A stretch of DNA of 64,000 bases from an uncultured Acidobacteriota bacterium (lineage in GTDB: Bacteria; Acidobacteriota; Thermoanaerobaculia; Multivoradales; UBA5704), in NCBI GenBank assembly GCA_963770895.1, contig CAVYRF010000003.1, forward strand, positions 1 through 64,000, written 5' to 3'. Position 1 is the first letter of the stretch; each line of letters opens with the position of its first letter. The translations under genes were made by a program, and so were the position numbers. The notes under the pieces were generated by a model that searched no databases, was not told the origin of the DNA, and worked only from the letters and a program-made list of their open reading frames with translations. Of the stretch, positions 63,664-64,000 are shown one piece after another.

Positions 63664-64000
63664 CGCACCTCCACCACGCGTTGGTTGCGTCCTGGATCGT
63701 ATACCGGAAGGCTCGCCTCTGCGTCGGGCCGGGGCTGGATCCGCTGGATGCGCAGCGCCGCCCGGCGTGGCCCCTGGCGCGCGGAGACTGCAGGTTTTTC
63801 GGCAATACCGCTGTTGCGCGCGCTCTTTTGTGTGGCAAGCTCAACAAGGAGAGAGGTTTAGTGGCAATGGCGGGACCGCGGGGGGGCTTTTTGGCACCGT
63901 CTTCGCAGCCTGTACCAGGGCGGGAGATACCGGCCAGGTGGCCGGTGAGGGGGCTGTGGGTAGTTTGGGTGGTGGGAAGGGGTCCCGAAGGTGGCGGGTG

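Noticed and set aside
63861-64000. Start of a further CDS after AGGAGAGAGG
   Set aside because: Too short at the window edge, and the translation is uninformative.

Overview
A 64 kb chromosomal window from a very GC-rich bacterium. It is probably an Acidobacteriota (Thermoanaerobaculia-like) genome, inferred from the Oar-type TonB receptor and the 'CxPxxTTxCL...FFDPxNxELxxKxL...TDTxTG' C-terminal domain. It holds about 45 CDS. Metabolic genes include xfp, panE, iorAB plus a diheme cytochrome, wecE/wecD/GT2, a lone aceE, leuB/leuA-like, and nuoB-nuoCD-nuoI-korA-korB. There is also a secreted acid-hydrolase cluster (PNGase A-like plus two sedolisins), xerD, a Tet-type MFS pump, a scrambled accessory patch at 40.3-46.4 kb and a 1815-aa exonuclease-RecQ-UvrD fusion. 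No tRNA, rRNA or CRISPR array was seen. The most notable observations are: (1) a compact operon joining only the quinone-reducing module of complex I to a 2-oxoacid:ferredoxin oxidoreductase, behind a palindromic operator and a ligand-depleted rubrerythrin; (2) a tandem sedolisin pair in which one copy has all three catalytic residues replaced; (3) two ~167-bp CTAG-bounded hairpin elements with a near-identical core but compensatorily diverged arms; (4) a paralog with an internal inversion and two deletions; (5) an orphan HDLP-type transcarbamylase. All family assignments come from motifs read by eye; no database searches were run.
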